Positions 12,161-25,789 of a stretch of DNA of 64,000 nucleotides are shown here, one piece after another. This DNA is from Lama glama (taxonomy: Eukaryota), in NCBI GenBank assembly GCA_028534125.1, contig CM052818.1, positions 49,168,001 to 49,232,000 of the forward strand, read 5' to 3'. Every line of letters begins with the position of its first letter. Position 1 is the first letter of the stretch. The notes beneath the pieces are model-generated. The model saw only the letters and a list, made by a program, of their open reading frames with translations, was not told the DNA's origin and did not search any database. The position numbers and the translations under genes were made by a program.

Positions 12161-13598
12161 ACGCTGGGGGTGAAGTGAGGAAGCACAGCTAACTGCACCT
12201 GGGACAAAGGGCCGTTTCCTGGTGGCACAGACAGCAAGTGGCTGAAAGAGGGTAGAAGCCAGGTTACTGTGTGACTGCTACTGATGTGTCATTGATCTAT
12301 ATAAGACCATCATTTTTCATTTTTTAAACAAAATAGGTGTTATTAGTAACAACTCAATGTTATTTTATCACAGAGATTTACTAATTTACAGTCATAAAAT
12401 ACTGCACAGTTTAAAATTCGTACATCATGATATACATACATGTGCACGTATACAGGTAATGACAGATATAGACTCACACGCATAGACTCGTACACTTTAT
12501 GTAAAACAGCACATGTTTTCATTGAGGTGATGGAACATCAACAGCTGAGCTAAAATAAACGCGCACGCACATAGCAGACCTGAGAATGAAACGAGACTTT
12601 CATTGGAAGCAAAGGTGAGAAGCCCAGGTGCCTAAATCCAGCTGGAACACTTCATCTTAGACGTTTTGCTGGTTTACCTGTTACTTCAAAGATAATCTCC
12701 TTCTACGGTGATGAAGCTTTGTTTTTGTATGACGCCGTTAGAAAGCACAAAATTATTTGTGATGCTTGGTGAGTACCCTATTTTTATGATTATTTAGGGC
12801 TATCATTACATATATCCTTTTTTCTTTAAATAGTGAAGATTGCTGACATAAAAAAAAATGAAGAGCCTATGAAAATGACTATGCCTTTAAATTGTATCAA
12901 AACACTGAGAGCCTTTTAGATTTCCCAGATGGTTTTAGCCAGGCAAACCCAACATCAAGTCCACACTAAGATAAGTTTGTTCTGATTGCAAGCATATGTA
13001 TTATTAAGGATAACTCAGTTTGGGGGAGAGTGTAAAAAAAGAGAAAACAAAAATAAATGATCGGGCCCTAAAATGTTTAGAAAATGGCGATTTCTAGGTA
13101 ACAAAAAATGTGCTCTTGAAACTGCACGTTGAGTTGCTGGTATGTATATTTGAGGCTTCAGATCAATACTGGGTAAGTACGTGAGGGTTTCTTAGACTCT
13201 AATCTTGAACCCTTCAAATCATCCTAACCTGAAAATGAGCCTCTTTAAACTGTAAGGGATCCTGCAAAAGGATTCCCTACCAAAGCTGGTGGCACGGTGA
13301 CATGATTAAATCATTGATTGAGCTGAATGGCTGCAGGCCATTAAGAAAGAAACTCCTACTGAATGGAATCAGCAAAACCCTTTAATTACTGATTAAGGAA
13401 ACAAGGAAGGGGCAGGGCTACAGTTTTAGCCTTGGGCGTCATTGTTCCTTCTTGTAATTGGTAGAGTTTTACCACAGATCTATATTTTAAATGGTCTTTT
13501 AGTTGAAAGAAAAATGAAAAGAAGAAAGAAGAGCTTTTCAATTTTCTAACAGTGATATTGTGTACACACATACATATCTTTTCATTTTAGTGTGAGTC

Positions 13599-13667
13599 AT
13601 TTTATTTTATTTTATTTTATTTTATTTTATTTTATTTTATTGAAGTACAGTCAGTTACAAGGTGTCA
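13599..13667 (-). mobile_element. (TTTTA)n tail plus a tiny L1 3' stub
   Basis: About 8 TTTTA units followed by tgaagtacagtcagttacaa, which matches the L1 3' end at 60188. Confidence 0.75.
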
Positions 13668-15591
13668 GGACACACATTATTATATCCATGTGTCCATCCA
13701 CTGACAGAGGAAACATGAGCATGTCTCTAAAATACATCAATCAGAGAGAGCTCTGAATAGAATACGGTAAAATAAAAGCAACAACTCTCTTTGGAAAGTG
13801 AAATTGTAAGCGATGTTTTCACCCTCTTCATATTTTAAAATGGTCTTCCTTTCATAATAAAGATACGTTACTCTTATTATTTGAAGAAAAGTAAATCCTA
13901 TTATCATAGTTTTTGTCATTAACTTCTGCAGACTCCCCTCGCTCACAGGAATTCTTTGATACCAAACATTTTAAAATCAATGTAACTGATACAATTGTTT
14001 TCTTGCTGTTGACAAGTGTCATATGTTTGACGTTAAAAATGTATTATTCCATGTAATTCAGTGTTCAGATACATGATATTTTTTAAGAATTTAAAAACTT
14101 TGTATTTTTCCTGAATTTCTCGTAAGTGCCCACTCCTGCCCCCACCCTGCCTGACACGTGAGTGCATTTAAGCAGAAGTAGAGTCTCCCAGGCTGGCGTA
14201 ATGGCCCTGCGAGCTGTGTGAAGAGGGTAAAGAAACAAACGCTCTTTCCTCTTTACTGTAGGGGCTTCCAAAGTGTGTTTCGCGGCAAGCACCTGTCCCT
14301 TCCGTGCGAGGAGGGGTCCGGGTGGGGCACGTCTAAGGCAGGGCCATCAGTTAGTGAACACTGGATTTTGTTCTACTCGGTGACACACCTGTTTCTCTCC
14401 TGAGTGGGTATTTAGCCCACGTGCCACTGTTTGTGGCTTGTGTCCCTGAGTCTATTGCAAGGTCCTTGGGACAAAGGACTCCGTCTCCCGCCCCTGGGTC
14501 CTCTGTGATCCTCCCCGTGCCCGTGTTCCTGTAAGCATCACTCAGCCCGTGCAGTCCGTTTTACACCAAAAAGAAAAGAGTTAATTGTCTGTATTTCCCC
14601 TCCGTTAACCAGGTAATGCGCCAGAGATTATCTACGGACTTGCTAGCTGTGAACCACAAGTGTGGTCCTGGGTAAAGCCAGGTGCTCAGGCATGTTTTGC
14701 GCTATTTGGATTGTTATGTTTTCTTGAAGATTCAAAAGTTAATCGAAGTTCATTCCGAGTCTGGCCGATTGTCATTCTCCTGTTGACTGCTCACATCGCT
14801 CCCCAAGTTTGACTTTGGCAAGAAGGTTACACCATTCTCACAAATCAAAAGAAAACGTACTGTCTTAGTCTCCGTTCTCTGGAAGAGTTTCCATAAGATG
14901 CAGTGATCTGTTTATTGAGAATTTTTTTTAAGTAAATCTCTTCTGTGGAGATCTAGTTTCTTGTCTTTTTTGTAGGCATGTATTTAAGTTATTAACTCCG
15001 TTTCTTTATATCAAATAGTCTTCTATCTATCTCATCTCATCCGTTCCATGTTAACTGTTTTCTAAGAATTTGTCTGTTTCCTGCAAACTTTCAAAATGAT
15101 TGACATAAGGCTTTTGATGGCATTTTTCTTCCCATTTTAAAGTCAGCTGGAGAGGTAGCTGAGTTCCCCTTCCATTACTAAAATTATGTGTACCTTACCT
15201 CTTTGTTTCTTGGATGAATCATACCAGAGGTTTGTTGATTATTTAAACAAACTTTAAAAATCGTTTGACTAGCTTTAGTATTTTTGGATTTGCAGAAAAG
15301 TGGCAAACACAGTACAGAAAATATCACATCCCAGTTTCATGTCTTCGTCACAAATAAAAAACTGACATGAATACAGTATTGTTAACTGAACTCCACGCGT
15401 CATTCACGTTTCACCTTCAGCTTTGCATAGTGCTCTTTTCACGTCCCAGGATTCCATCCCACACACCACATTACGTTTAGTCTTCACGTCTCGTTAGCCC
15501 CCTCTGGTCTGTGACGGTTTCTGAGACATTATCTACTTTTCAAGGTCTTGACAGTGTCAAGGCCAAGGATTTTGTAGACTCCTACTTCATT

Positions 15592-15703
15592 GGGGTGCAG
15601 ATAATTAGGTTTCTTTGTTTATTTTTTTACTGGTGGTCCTGGGGATTGAACCAGGGCCTTGTGCATGCTAGGCAGGCACTCTACCCCTGAGCTACACTCC
15701 CCC
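15592..15703 (-). mobile_element. tRNA-derived SINE (camelid Vic-1-like)
   Basis: Minus strand reads GGGGAGTGTAGCTCAGGGGTAGAG (A box)...GGTTCAATCCCC (B box), then an A-rich tail with aaacctaatta. TSD CTTCATT at 15585-15591 and 15704-15710. Confidence 0.85.
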
Positions 15704-16744
15704 CTTCATTTGGATCTAACTGATGCTTTTCTCATGGTCAGCCTGGGGTTACGGGTTTGGGGGAGAATCCACAGAGGAGAAGAAGGGTGCTTCCCACCAC
15801 ATGGCATCAAACGTCCCTGCTGCCAACTTGGCGCCTGGAAGCTGGTCCCCCTGACCACCCGGGTGATGCAGCGTGTGCCCACTTCTTCACTATGAGGTTC
15901 CTTTTGTCCCCCCTCCCATACTCCACTCTTTGAAGCAAGTGACTAAGTGCAGAACACACTGGGGGGAGGATGGAGGCGGGCTGGGGAATCAGGTGTTTTC
16001 ACATGGCGTGCTTGGAGCTCCGCTGTGCAGATCTGTCTCTTCTCCCATACTTACATGTTTGCTCGGTCACTTACTCGCACTAGTGTGGACCCAGGCTATG
16101 CATTTTGCACCTTAGGCTCTAACCCAACCCTGCGTGATTTACCTTGTCTCTTGGATTGCTCTGCTTCTGGCCTTTGGGGGCCCCTTGACTCCCTTTAAGA
16201 AACCCCATTTTTTTGTTTTCTTTTGTTTTCTGAGCACTTCCTTCCTTTGGGGAAAATAAGAGATGATTGAGGTCCATTTTTACTTTTATGACCCAGATCT
16301 AGAATCGGCCATTCCTCCACGGCGCCTGTGGGGCTTTTATTAGCTCTGATTTTCTATGTGTAATTAACTTCTAATTTAATTGCTTTGCTCTCAGAGAATG
16401 TGCTCTGAATGATACTGTTGTGTTTTTCATTTTTTGAAATTTGTCAAGTCTTACTTTACAGCCTCACATCTGGCAACTTTTTATAAACATTTCACGTGCG
16501 CTCTGGAACAGCAGTAGATAATTGCTGGGTACAATATTTTATGAGTATCTAATAAACCAAGTTTATTGATATTTATGTTCTGGTTTTATGTAACATTTTA
16601 ACTTTTGGATGTCCTTAGCCTATTCATTGAGAGAGAGGAAGATGGTGAACTCTTTCAGCATAACGCTGGGTATGGTACTTATGTTGCAATTCGATCCCAT
16701 TTTCATGTTCGCTCCTCTGAGGCCACGGAAGCCCTGCACCGAGG

Positions 16745-17370
16745 AAGGGCCTGTCTCATCGTACGCAGGGCCCAGGGCAAAAGGAAGGTGCAGGACCCTG
16801 GTCATGGGCGGGTGGTTAGTATCATGCTCCCACAGGCCAGCCACCCCGACCCGAGCACAATGCCCCGTGCACTGCAGCCTCACACTGCAGGGCAGGTGCT
16901 GGGATTGAAGGCGAGCAAAAGACCCCATCAAGTTGCCAGATGCGCCGAGGTGCTGCCCTGTCACTCTGCTCTAAGACACCGTGGGACACATGCCCACCCT
17001 TCCCTTGTGCACATCCAGTCCACTTCGTGGCACGGAGGGAAACGGCAGAGAGTGGGCATTCTCCTATTGATGTGACCAAGGAAGCAGGGAGGGAGGAGGC
17101 CAGGTGGGGACCAGGCCCCCTGGGGACCAGAAACTCGTCCCCGGGAGGTGGAGAGGCCACACAAGGCATGACCACGTGTCAGCTGAAGCCAAGCCCCCGG
17201 CATGTGTTCTATTGCTTCATTAAATTTCAGTTACGAAAACAATTTCAGGGTGGATAGTATTAACAATTTAAGGACGGTGAATGCAAATCACGAAAACCCA
17301 GGTGCAGGGCTGTCCTGAGTGAGGGGCCCTGTGTGACCGCCCTGGGGGCACCCAGGGAGCTGGCTGGGCA
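16745..17370. mobile_element. MER45-family hAT-Tip100 DNA transposon
   Basis: Left end gcagggcccagggcaaaaggaaggtgcaggaccc and right end ccaggtgcagggctgtcctgagtgaggggccctgtgtgacc match the two MER45 termini. Confidence 0.65.
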
Positions 17371-18584
17371 TGAGTGTTCCTTCTGTATTTCTTATCAGAG
17401 TTTTAAAAATTAATTCTGTAATGAATTTGTTTATCCATAAAAATACTTTTTGACTTACCATTCGCCCTGCCTTTTTTGGTTATTATTTGCTCAGTATATC
17501 TTTGTCTATCATTTTATTATCAATTTTTTGTTTAAATTTGTGCCCCTTGCAAATAGTATATAACTTCATTTGGTAATGTTTTTATTTATTAAGTTTGTTT
17601 TATCCTATTGCTGTTTTCCCATTTACATTTTTGATTTGAATATATTGTTTCACCCATTTTTCCTTTGTGCTATCTATTGTCTCGATTTTTCAAGACATTT
17701 TTTTCATTTTCCCTCTTCATTTGACTGAGTTTTTAAAAATTAATTTATAATTCCAGTTCTTCTTTCCCTGATAAAAGGGAAACATCTATTTCTAAAGCGC
17801 TTGTTATTCTTAGTTTAACAAGCATAACTAACTGATTCTGAGGTTTTGCCTTAATTCTCATCCTAAATAGCAAAATCGCTTTAGAACCTGCTCTGCCGCT
17901 TCTCGTCCCGCGGGCCCTGCGTTTCGGCACACGTGCTGTTACCGCTGACTAAGTGCGTTGAGCATCATTCCTTTATTTACATCAAAGTGCCTTTGTTTTG
18001 TTTTTATCCGCAAGGCCACGCTCATGCACATAATTGAAAACTGGCGTTTATTTTGTCTCATCATTTTGAAGACGTACTGTCCACTGTCCTCCAGGTTCCA
18101 TTGCTAGGTTGAAGGGTGTGATGTAAATGTAATTTTATTTTCCTTGTGAGAAAGCTGTCTTTTTTCCACTTAAAAGTTCTCCTTGACTTGAGTTCTGCGG
18201 TTTCACTGCGGTCGGTCTAAGTGAGGTTTTCTTCTTGTTCATTTTGTTTATTATGTGCTGTTCTCCCTGTAACTGTGGACCTAACTGCAAACTCACGCAT
18301 TTCATTAGTCCTAAAAAACTCCTTTTCTTAACTCCTCAAATATGACCACTCTTCTGATCTTCATAGTCTCCCCCTGTGGAATATCCATCAGATGCTGGAC
18401 TGCCTTTCTCATCCCATCCCCTTATCTCTTGAGTTTTTCCTCAGATGAGCTGAGTCTGCATTTGGGGTAATTTTTGTAGATTTACCTGTGAATATGTTTT
18501 TTCTCTTTATTGAATTGGCTGTTTAACAACTAACTGGGCTATGAAGTCTCATATGTAATGCATGTACATGTGCATGTACGTATA

Positions 18585-18585
<1 letters not shown>

Positions 18586-18619
<34 letters not shown>
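18586..18619. repeat. (CA)17 microsatellite
   Basis: Direct read of the sequence. Confidence 0.97.
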
Positions 18620-18621
<2 letters not shown>

Positions 18622-19489
18622 TAGACACATCTCCATCTGTCCATCTACTCAGTTATACCTGTATGCATATATCTAGATCTACATATAAATGTTTCATTTG
18701 TTATTTTTCAAAGCGACCTTGTCACTTAGGATAGTTTCTTATTGGTGTCTCAGTTCACCAACTTTTTAAAAACACATACATACCCGGTGCACATAACGCT
18801 AAATAATATTTACCTTATAATCCCAACACCAGGAAGTCTGAATGCAGTGCTTGCATTTCCAGCTGACTCCCATGCATACAGTGGCTCCTCTGTGTGCTTG
18901 CTGACTTTTTATTGCAAACTCTCATATTTGGTTGATTTTAATTTGATAAACAGGTGTATTGTAATTAGAATCTCGATCTGAGGATCTTTTTCAGGGAGGA
19001 CATATGTCTGCTTCTTAGATCTTGGGTGACCACTGATGCGGGACATTTCATTCTGAAACACCGGAAGACGATGGTGCCAGTGGAAATACTGAATGACACT
19101 GATGAGGTAATGAGTGAGACCTGACCCACAGCTAGTTTGAAAAGTGTGACGTGAGTATTGGTGAAGTTTATAGCTAGAGAAAGACTTAAAAATAGTTCAG
19201 GTCAAAATGAAAAAGCTGAAGCCTTAAGTATGTGTGAGATTGTAAAAAGACTAAAAAATACATTTGTGTTTTTAAAGCTCTTCTCTATGGTAAGTTTTCA
19301 AATGTGGATATTTAATGGAAGGAAAATGAAAAAATAGTAAACATTCTTTACAATAAATACATTTCATATGTATCTATCTCCTTGGTGTAAGTTCAAATCC
19401 AATGTGGCAGAATGAGAGAAGAAGGGTCAGCTGCAACTTCAGCTCTGTAACAGAGCAACAATCCGCAGAGTGGCTACTAGCTGTCATTC

Positions 19490-19760
19490 CTTCTCAGAAG
19501 CAGAACCTGCTTGCATTTGGACTGCCAAGCACACAGCAAAAGGCTGCATTTCCACCTTTCTAACAGGTCCGTGTGGTCAACTGTCTGCAAGCAGGAAGTT
19601 TCCTTCAGAAACTGAGATCTGTGCCTAGACCTGGCGCAGTCACCTCTGAACCTACGGTTAGAAGCAGATGACATCAGAAGGAAAACAGACACCCGGTTCC
19701 TGATGCCTTCCTGGAGCCGCCACACAGGCCCTGGATTGTCTGATTCCAGAAAAGTAACCA
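19490..19760. mobile_element. Old MLT1 (ERVL-MaLR) LTR fragment
   Basis: aggctgcatttcca...cccggttcctgatgcc...ggagccgccacacaggccctggattg resembles old MLT1 LTRs. Confidence 0.5.
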
Positions 19761-21413
19761 AACACAGCCTTTCCTGACACACTACGGAAACTTTATCAAG
19801 AAAGTTATGACTAAACTAAAACGAAAGTGGCGTCCGCCCCACCAGGGTGGGATGAGAAACGGTCTGTAAGACTCCAAAAGACTGAAAGATGAATTAATAT
19901 GTGCAGAATTTAATAATCCAGGAAGCATTTCCACACTGCTTGTTTTCCAAATGCACAACATCTTGTTCATGTAATGTTTAGGAAATTTTTTTAATCATCA
20001 CCCTATTCAAAATGTGTGTGTTAAGCCCTTGCCATTATTTGTATATCAGGGATGGTAAACCTTTGTTTCATATGTTGGTGCCAAGTGTCCAATTCTATGG
20101 ATTAGAAAGAGAATGTGAAGAAGGACATGGACTGAAAGGTTGCCACATCACAAAACCTCACAGTTTTGCTCTTCATTCCAATGTTGTCTTCCTTCCATTG
20201 TTCCGTGATGGAAGTGCCCATGCGTCAGTGAGGTGTGACACCCCCTCGCTTTCTGCAAGTCCCTGTGACGGTGGACGTGGTTTCCCTAGTCTGGGTTCCT
20301 GAAACACAACCCTCTTCTTCCCTGTTACATGCTGAACCTCTTAGATATAACCGTTACTCCAGAAATGTTCCATTTTTGACATAAATGGGTGTTTGAATCC
20401 TAAGAAATAGAACAAATTAATCACTGCTGCATTCTTTGCTGGCGTTCGTTTCCCGTCGGCAGTCACGTGGCCCTTGTGGAAAGGATGGCTGGATGGTGGT
20501 CACGAGTTGGTGGGAAGTGCAAGCGGGGCGTCCAGCCTGGTGTTGAGCCCGCCAGCACGTGCACGCAAGCTCATGCAGGCCCTAAGAGGAGAGGAGCGAC
20601 CCTGCACGCGACATCCCCGGCAAGGTGCGTGGAGAATGCTGTTCAGATTCTCCTGCGGCAGCGGCGTACGTGGCTCTGCTGAAGACGCCCCGGGGAAGGC
20701 TACTTGGTCACGGCATCGGGGCGCCGTGAGCCCGTGGAGTGAGTGTCCCACTGCGATCAGGCTTGCCTAAGCATCACTATGACTCCATCCAATTAGACCT
20801 TTTAAAACACGGATGATCCTGGTTTGAAATTCTTCATGACAACAATTAGCTTCTGACAAGAAACCTTTCTAAGAGCTAATGAGGGAAAGGCCCTTGAGAC
20901 GGGAAGATAGATTCACAGGACCAAGCCCTGAACATTCCAGCAACTTGAAAAGATCTGAACACCCAGGGAAATGCCTTCCTTCTGGGAAAACTTTTCAATT
21001 AAATTCAACAACTATTTACCATCTCTGCGTTTGCTGGAAGTCAGGTTATGTTAGATTTAGTTCCTTCCCTGGAGGGGACTCCATTCTGAAAAGGCAGGTG
21101 ACGGGCCAGTCCCAAGTGACGGCTGAAACCCAAAGTGAGGGTGAGAGACGTTCTGCCTCAGGGGCTGGAGCCGGGCAGGCGCGCAGGCGAGGGGGCGGCA
21201 AAGCGGAGGCTGGAGGTTCCTGAAGGCTTCGGTTGCCAAGACTGTGGCCCTCGAGGCCAGGGGGGGACCTCAGCAGGAGGGGGGGAGGGGAAGAAAGAGA
21301 CAAAAGGAAGGGTCTCCACGGCTTCAACTCCCATTGGAACTGAAGTGATTCTTTTAAAGTTTTGTGTGTGAAATAATGAAAATTATTTGAAAGGCACTTA
21401 ATTAAACTACAAA

Positions 21414-22373
21414 GCAGGAGTCACAAAATGTGGTCTGTGAGACTCTGAGGCACCTTAAGGTGCCCCTCTTTCAGGGGGCCACGAGGTCAAAACTATTTTC
21501 ACCACGACACTGAGACATCACTCACCCTCTTAACTTTGCTGACGCTCGTACAGAAGCCGTGATGCGGAAACTGCCAGCACCTTACGGGAGTCAAGGCCGC
21601 GGCACCAGACCGTGCCTCCCAATGCTTCAGGCCTTTTGGGATGATCCTAGTGAACCATCACGGTGTGAAGTCATTTCTAGATGTTGTACCAGGAAGCGTG
21701 GCAACATTTGGGAGGTCAGCATAACTCAGTGAGCTGATGCTTTCTAAACAACCAATGCGTGATCTTGCACAATTATGGTAGGTAAGTGACCCGTGCAAAG
21801 TGCAAAACAGACCGAGAGGACTGAAGGTAACATTATTGCAACTTACCTGATACGGTTTTGGATTTCACATTGAAGCTAAGCTTTTAAGAAATTACTGCTT
21901 CTTGTATTTTGATTTGCACTTAAGTGGAATATTCACAAACAGCTGAAAGGCTGTTAGAACATTGCTCCCCTTTCCAACCACATATTGGTGTGAGCCTGGA
22001 TTTTCTGTATATGTTTTAAACAAATCAACGTATGACAGCAGAGAGGATCAGTAAGCATTATGATTGTCCAGTTTTCATTTATTAAGCCAGAAGTTAGAGA
22101 GATTTTCCAAAATGGAAAATAATTCTTATTACAAAACTTTCTGGGGGTTTGGAAAATACAATTTTTTCTTTTACAAGAAATGTTCTGTTCATATGTGATG
22201 GGCATATTACTGTTACTTTTACATGAATTAGCAAACAGATCATTTAAATTGTGTAAGTTTAATTTCTAACTAACTATAAATAAAACACACATAAGTAAAA
22301 GATTTTTGGTGGCTTTGATAGATAGTCTGTAAGAGTAGAAACGAGGACTGAGACAAAAGTATCAAGAATCTCT
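21414..22373 (+). mobile_element. Charlie1a-like hAT DNA transposon
   Basis: aaaatgtggtctgtg...ctttcagggggccacgaggtcaaaactattttca...aaactgccagcacctta...tcaaggccgcggcacca, ending ...gactgagacaaaag...agaatctctg. Confidence 0.85.
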
Positions 22374-22489
22374 GATGTATCAGGGAAGTAACTAGAGACA
22401 AACACACAAAGATATGGTAGCTCCGAGCTGGGGACATGTGGCCTGCCACTGAGTCACTGACGTTTTATCAGTAGGGAACACATGAAGGT

Positions 22490-23150
22490 ATTGAAGCCAA
22501 AGCACAATGCTTTCCTAATTGTACTGGGCTTAGAATTACAGCATTGATTAGGATAAAAAGCGACAGAAGGTGGGAAGACCAATTAGAAGACCAGCTATAA
22601 TGAGGCTCTGCCAGTAGGATCTTAGAATAGAAAATAAGAGAGTGTCGTTTGAGAATTTGCAAGAATATGATTTGGTGGCTGATCTGATACGGAAGGAGAG
22701 ATTTCAAAGCATTGGTATTCTCGGGGCAGTGATTTGGAGGATCGAGACTTCAAAGTTGTTCCCTGAGACTCCAAAGTAAAAAATAAAAATAAAAATGCAG
22801 GTAGAGGAGAGACTGAGGTTTTAATTCAGGGTGTGTTCAATTTCTATTTCTGAAGACTCACAAAGTAGACTGGATATAGTGGGGAGAGCTTGCCCCGGTG
22901 GTAGTTGGACAGTTTGAAATTCAACTTGAGAAAAACATCTGGGCTGAAGGTGTATGGTTAATTCCGTCAAGATGGAAGGGATCACAGAAGCCTTGAGGAT
23001 GGAAGAGGACACCAGCAAAAATAAAATACATGGAGAAAAGAAGTGAACTCCTGGTATTTCCAGGTAGGGGACCAGGAAAAATAGGAGGAACGAGAGGAAA
23101 AATCATCAGAGGCAGGAGAATATTTTTAAAATTCCATATACAGAAAATCA
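22490..23150 (-). mobile_element. L2 LINE internal fragment
   Basis: Purine-rich degenerate L2 (ggaagaccaattagaagacc...gtagttggac...catctgggctgaag). Confidence 0.55.
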
Positions 23151-23467
23151 GGACAGAAAATTGTTGCAAAGGGTAGACTTTGCAGGATTTTTCATAGTGC
23201 CACTTACATAATCACTAAACATATGTCGGATAGACTTCCTTCTCCTCTTGTGATATGTACACATGAGAAAAGACTCCATCACGGCTATAGAAATGGGTTA
23301 TTTTCACTTAAAAATAGCCAATTTTAACCTTTATATATTCTTTTATTGTGTTATATTTCTAAGATTTGCATGGTGCTTAAATACTTAATTTCAAATCCAG
23401 TATTTGTGTGACGAAGTGTATTCATTGCCCACTACTGCTGGAAAATGAGAGAAAACAGATTATTGCA

Positions 23468-23885
23468 CAGAAATCTGACATTAATTTCGCTGGGGTAAAA
23501 TCAAGGCTTTGAACAGGTGTGTTGCCTTCTGGGGGCTGCAGGGAGACTCCACCCCCTTTCTTTTCTAGCTTCCAGAGGCCGCCTGCCTTCCTTGGCTCAT
23601 GGCCCTCTTCCATCTTCAAAGCTAAAGATGGCCCATTGAGTCTTTCTTAAGTCACCTCATTTGACACTGAGTGTTCTGTCAACCTATTCTGCATTTTAGG
23701 ACCTTGTGATTACAATAGACCCATTGGGATCATTCCATATAATCTCTCTACTTTAAGATCTAGTGATGAGCATCCTTAATTCTATCTGTTACCGTAATTT
23801 CCCTTTGCCATGGAGAGTAACATCCTCATATCTTCCAGGTTAGGATGCGGGTGGACATCTTTGGGGACCATTATTCTGCCAAATT
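23468..23885 (-). mobile_element. MLT1D-like MaLR LTR
   Basis: tctagcttccagaggccgcctgccttccttggctcatggccc...gtggacatctttggggaccattattctgcc is the reverse complement of an MLT1D-type 5' end. Confidence 0.85.
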
Positions 23886-25789
23886 CATATGTACTTACTG
23901 ACTCATTAACTATTTAATAACTGTCTATGAAATCCTAAGAAATCAAATCATTGAGGTAGTTCTGTTGAGTTCCTTTACTTAGCTGGGAAAAAAAAAAGTA
24001 CAGAAGTGTTAATGTCTTATATTTGGGGAGAATCTTATAAAACAACAAAATAATTTCCTACTTAAGTAAATTCATCAAAGCACGCCATATCTCTGCCAAA
24101 AAAACACCTTTTGACTAGAAAAGCTTCTGAAGAGCTGTGGACAGCGGTGGTCCCTCTGGTGTAGGAAAAAGACACACTTTTTGTGTCGTATGATCTATTG
24201 TACTTGCTCAGTGTTATTTTTTAAAACATAAATATATGTAATTTGCATCATAAGTTTGATTTATTCCTTGCTTGACTTAATACAACACGTTTTTTTTATT
24301 TACGAAACACTTTTCATATACTGTCTGATTCTCTTCCATACCAGTTTTCATGGGTTATTATCATTTTGTTGTCAGAAAATTTGAAGATATCTTTCATAGA
24401 TGTAAAGTAATTTGCCCCGTGCAGCACATCCCCTAAAATATTAACAGTAGAATTTAAGCATGTATCTTTTCACCAGAGAGCTTTCTCCTTCTCCCACGCC
24501 ATTTTATTATTAAAATATGTGATTTGGAGTTAATAGTTGAAGGATAATGTCACGTCTGCTCATGGCTTGTTTTATCGTATCGCCTAAGAGGCCCCACAGC
24601 AGTGGAAATTGACTCTGTTCACTGGAGGCCCACGGTTAAAGCCGATTTCTGAAAACTGTGCACTGCTAGTGGGTCTGACAGCTGATGCAGGCAGATGGGC
24701 TTCCGCCTGTTAAAAGGTGGCGTCTATTGTTAGAAGCAGCGCAGAGACCTCATACGGAGCAACAGGGGAAAACCAATGCCCGTGCACCAGCCCCCACCCA
24801 CCCTTTTGAAAGAAAAATACCATTCTGGTAAGGAAGACACTCAACTTGTGAAGACGGGTGAGGGGGATGTATTTTTGTCCCTATCACGCTAAATACAGTT
24901 TTTGAAACTTGGGCATTTGAGAGAAACGTCTTACCTTTGGAATCATGGTGAAGCCACGCCAGCGTGATGGTTTCTCCTCCCTGGGGAGAATCTGCTTGGT
25001 TGTTTGGTGAAAGTACATGAATGTGGTCTAAAAATAAATTTTACAGTACATACGTATTCATTTCTCCATTTATTTCCAATTCCATAAAAGATTTGAGGGG
25101 CGTGAATAAAATACGAGGAGCATACAGGCCATCAACAAAAACAGTCACTGAAGGATGGTGTCAGCAAGCAACCCAACAGGCAGCAACCGCGGCCCCTCTT
25201 CTTCAGCTGTAAGTCTGGTCGGGGCCACGTTACTTCTGCCTCTCCCTCCCTCCCTCCCTGTCTTTCGTTTGTTCGGGTGTGTGTTCGTTTGTTTAACCTG
25301 ACCCAGACAGCAGCCTGGATTTCTGAAACAAAGCCTTGGGACCGTGTTTTATTCACCTTTCATGGTAGGAGACAGGATGCAGCGCTCAGTAAGTGCAGAC
25401 GGTCGCAGGTCACCAGCTTAGGAATTCCCGTGTCAAACTCCCTTTCAGGTTTTCAGTCGTGCTCAACTCAGCTCTTTGACCTCAACACCTTGCCTCCCTT
25501 CGATGTGTTTATGATGATCAGCCTTTTTCCCACTTGGAAAACCACAGAATTCAGCTTCCACATCTCCAACCATTGAGAAAACACCATAAACATGTCTGAA
25601 TGTGCTCCTAGCTCTCATAAGGGCTGCACACACAACAGGGCAGGAGCTGGGAGCCTTAGAGAGGCTTAAAATGCTTACGTTTGACAGTGAGTCACGGCTC
25701 TACCCCCAGACTTCAGTGAGTGTGTTATTATTTCACAACAACTCATTTCTCTGTTATGTAAAAATCAGAAGGGTCACATAGAATATATG

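Larger units (their letters stand above)
14900..18550 (-). mobile_element. Ancient L1M fragments (including an L1MC-like 3' UTR at about 15255-16320), interrupted by younger elements
   Basis: T-rich degenerate L1 motifs; cacattacgtttagtcttcacgtctc...ctctggtctgtgac and ttttctcatggtcagcctggggttacgggtttggggg are typical of the L1MC 3' UTR. Confidence 0.65.

Noticed and set aside
15592..15703. tRNA gene
   Set aside because: It has A and B boxes but also an A-rich tail, a TSD and a degenerate stem, so it is a SINE
21449..21464. 16-bp palindrome GGCACCTTAAGGTGCC
   Set aside because: It lies in the subterminal region of a Charlie1 transposon, and nothing supports a separate function
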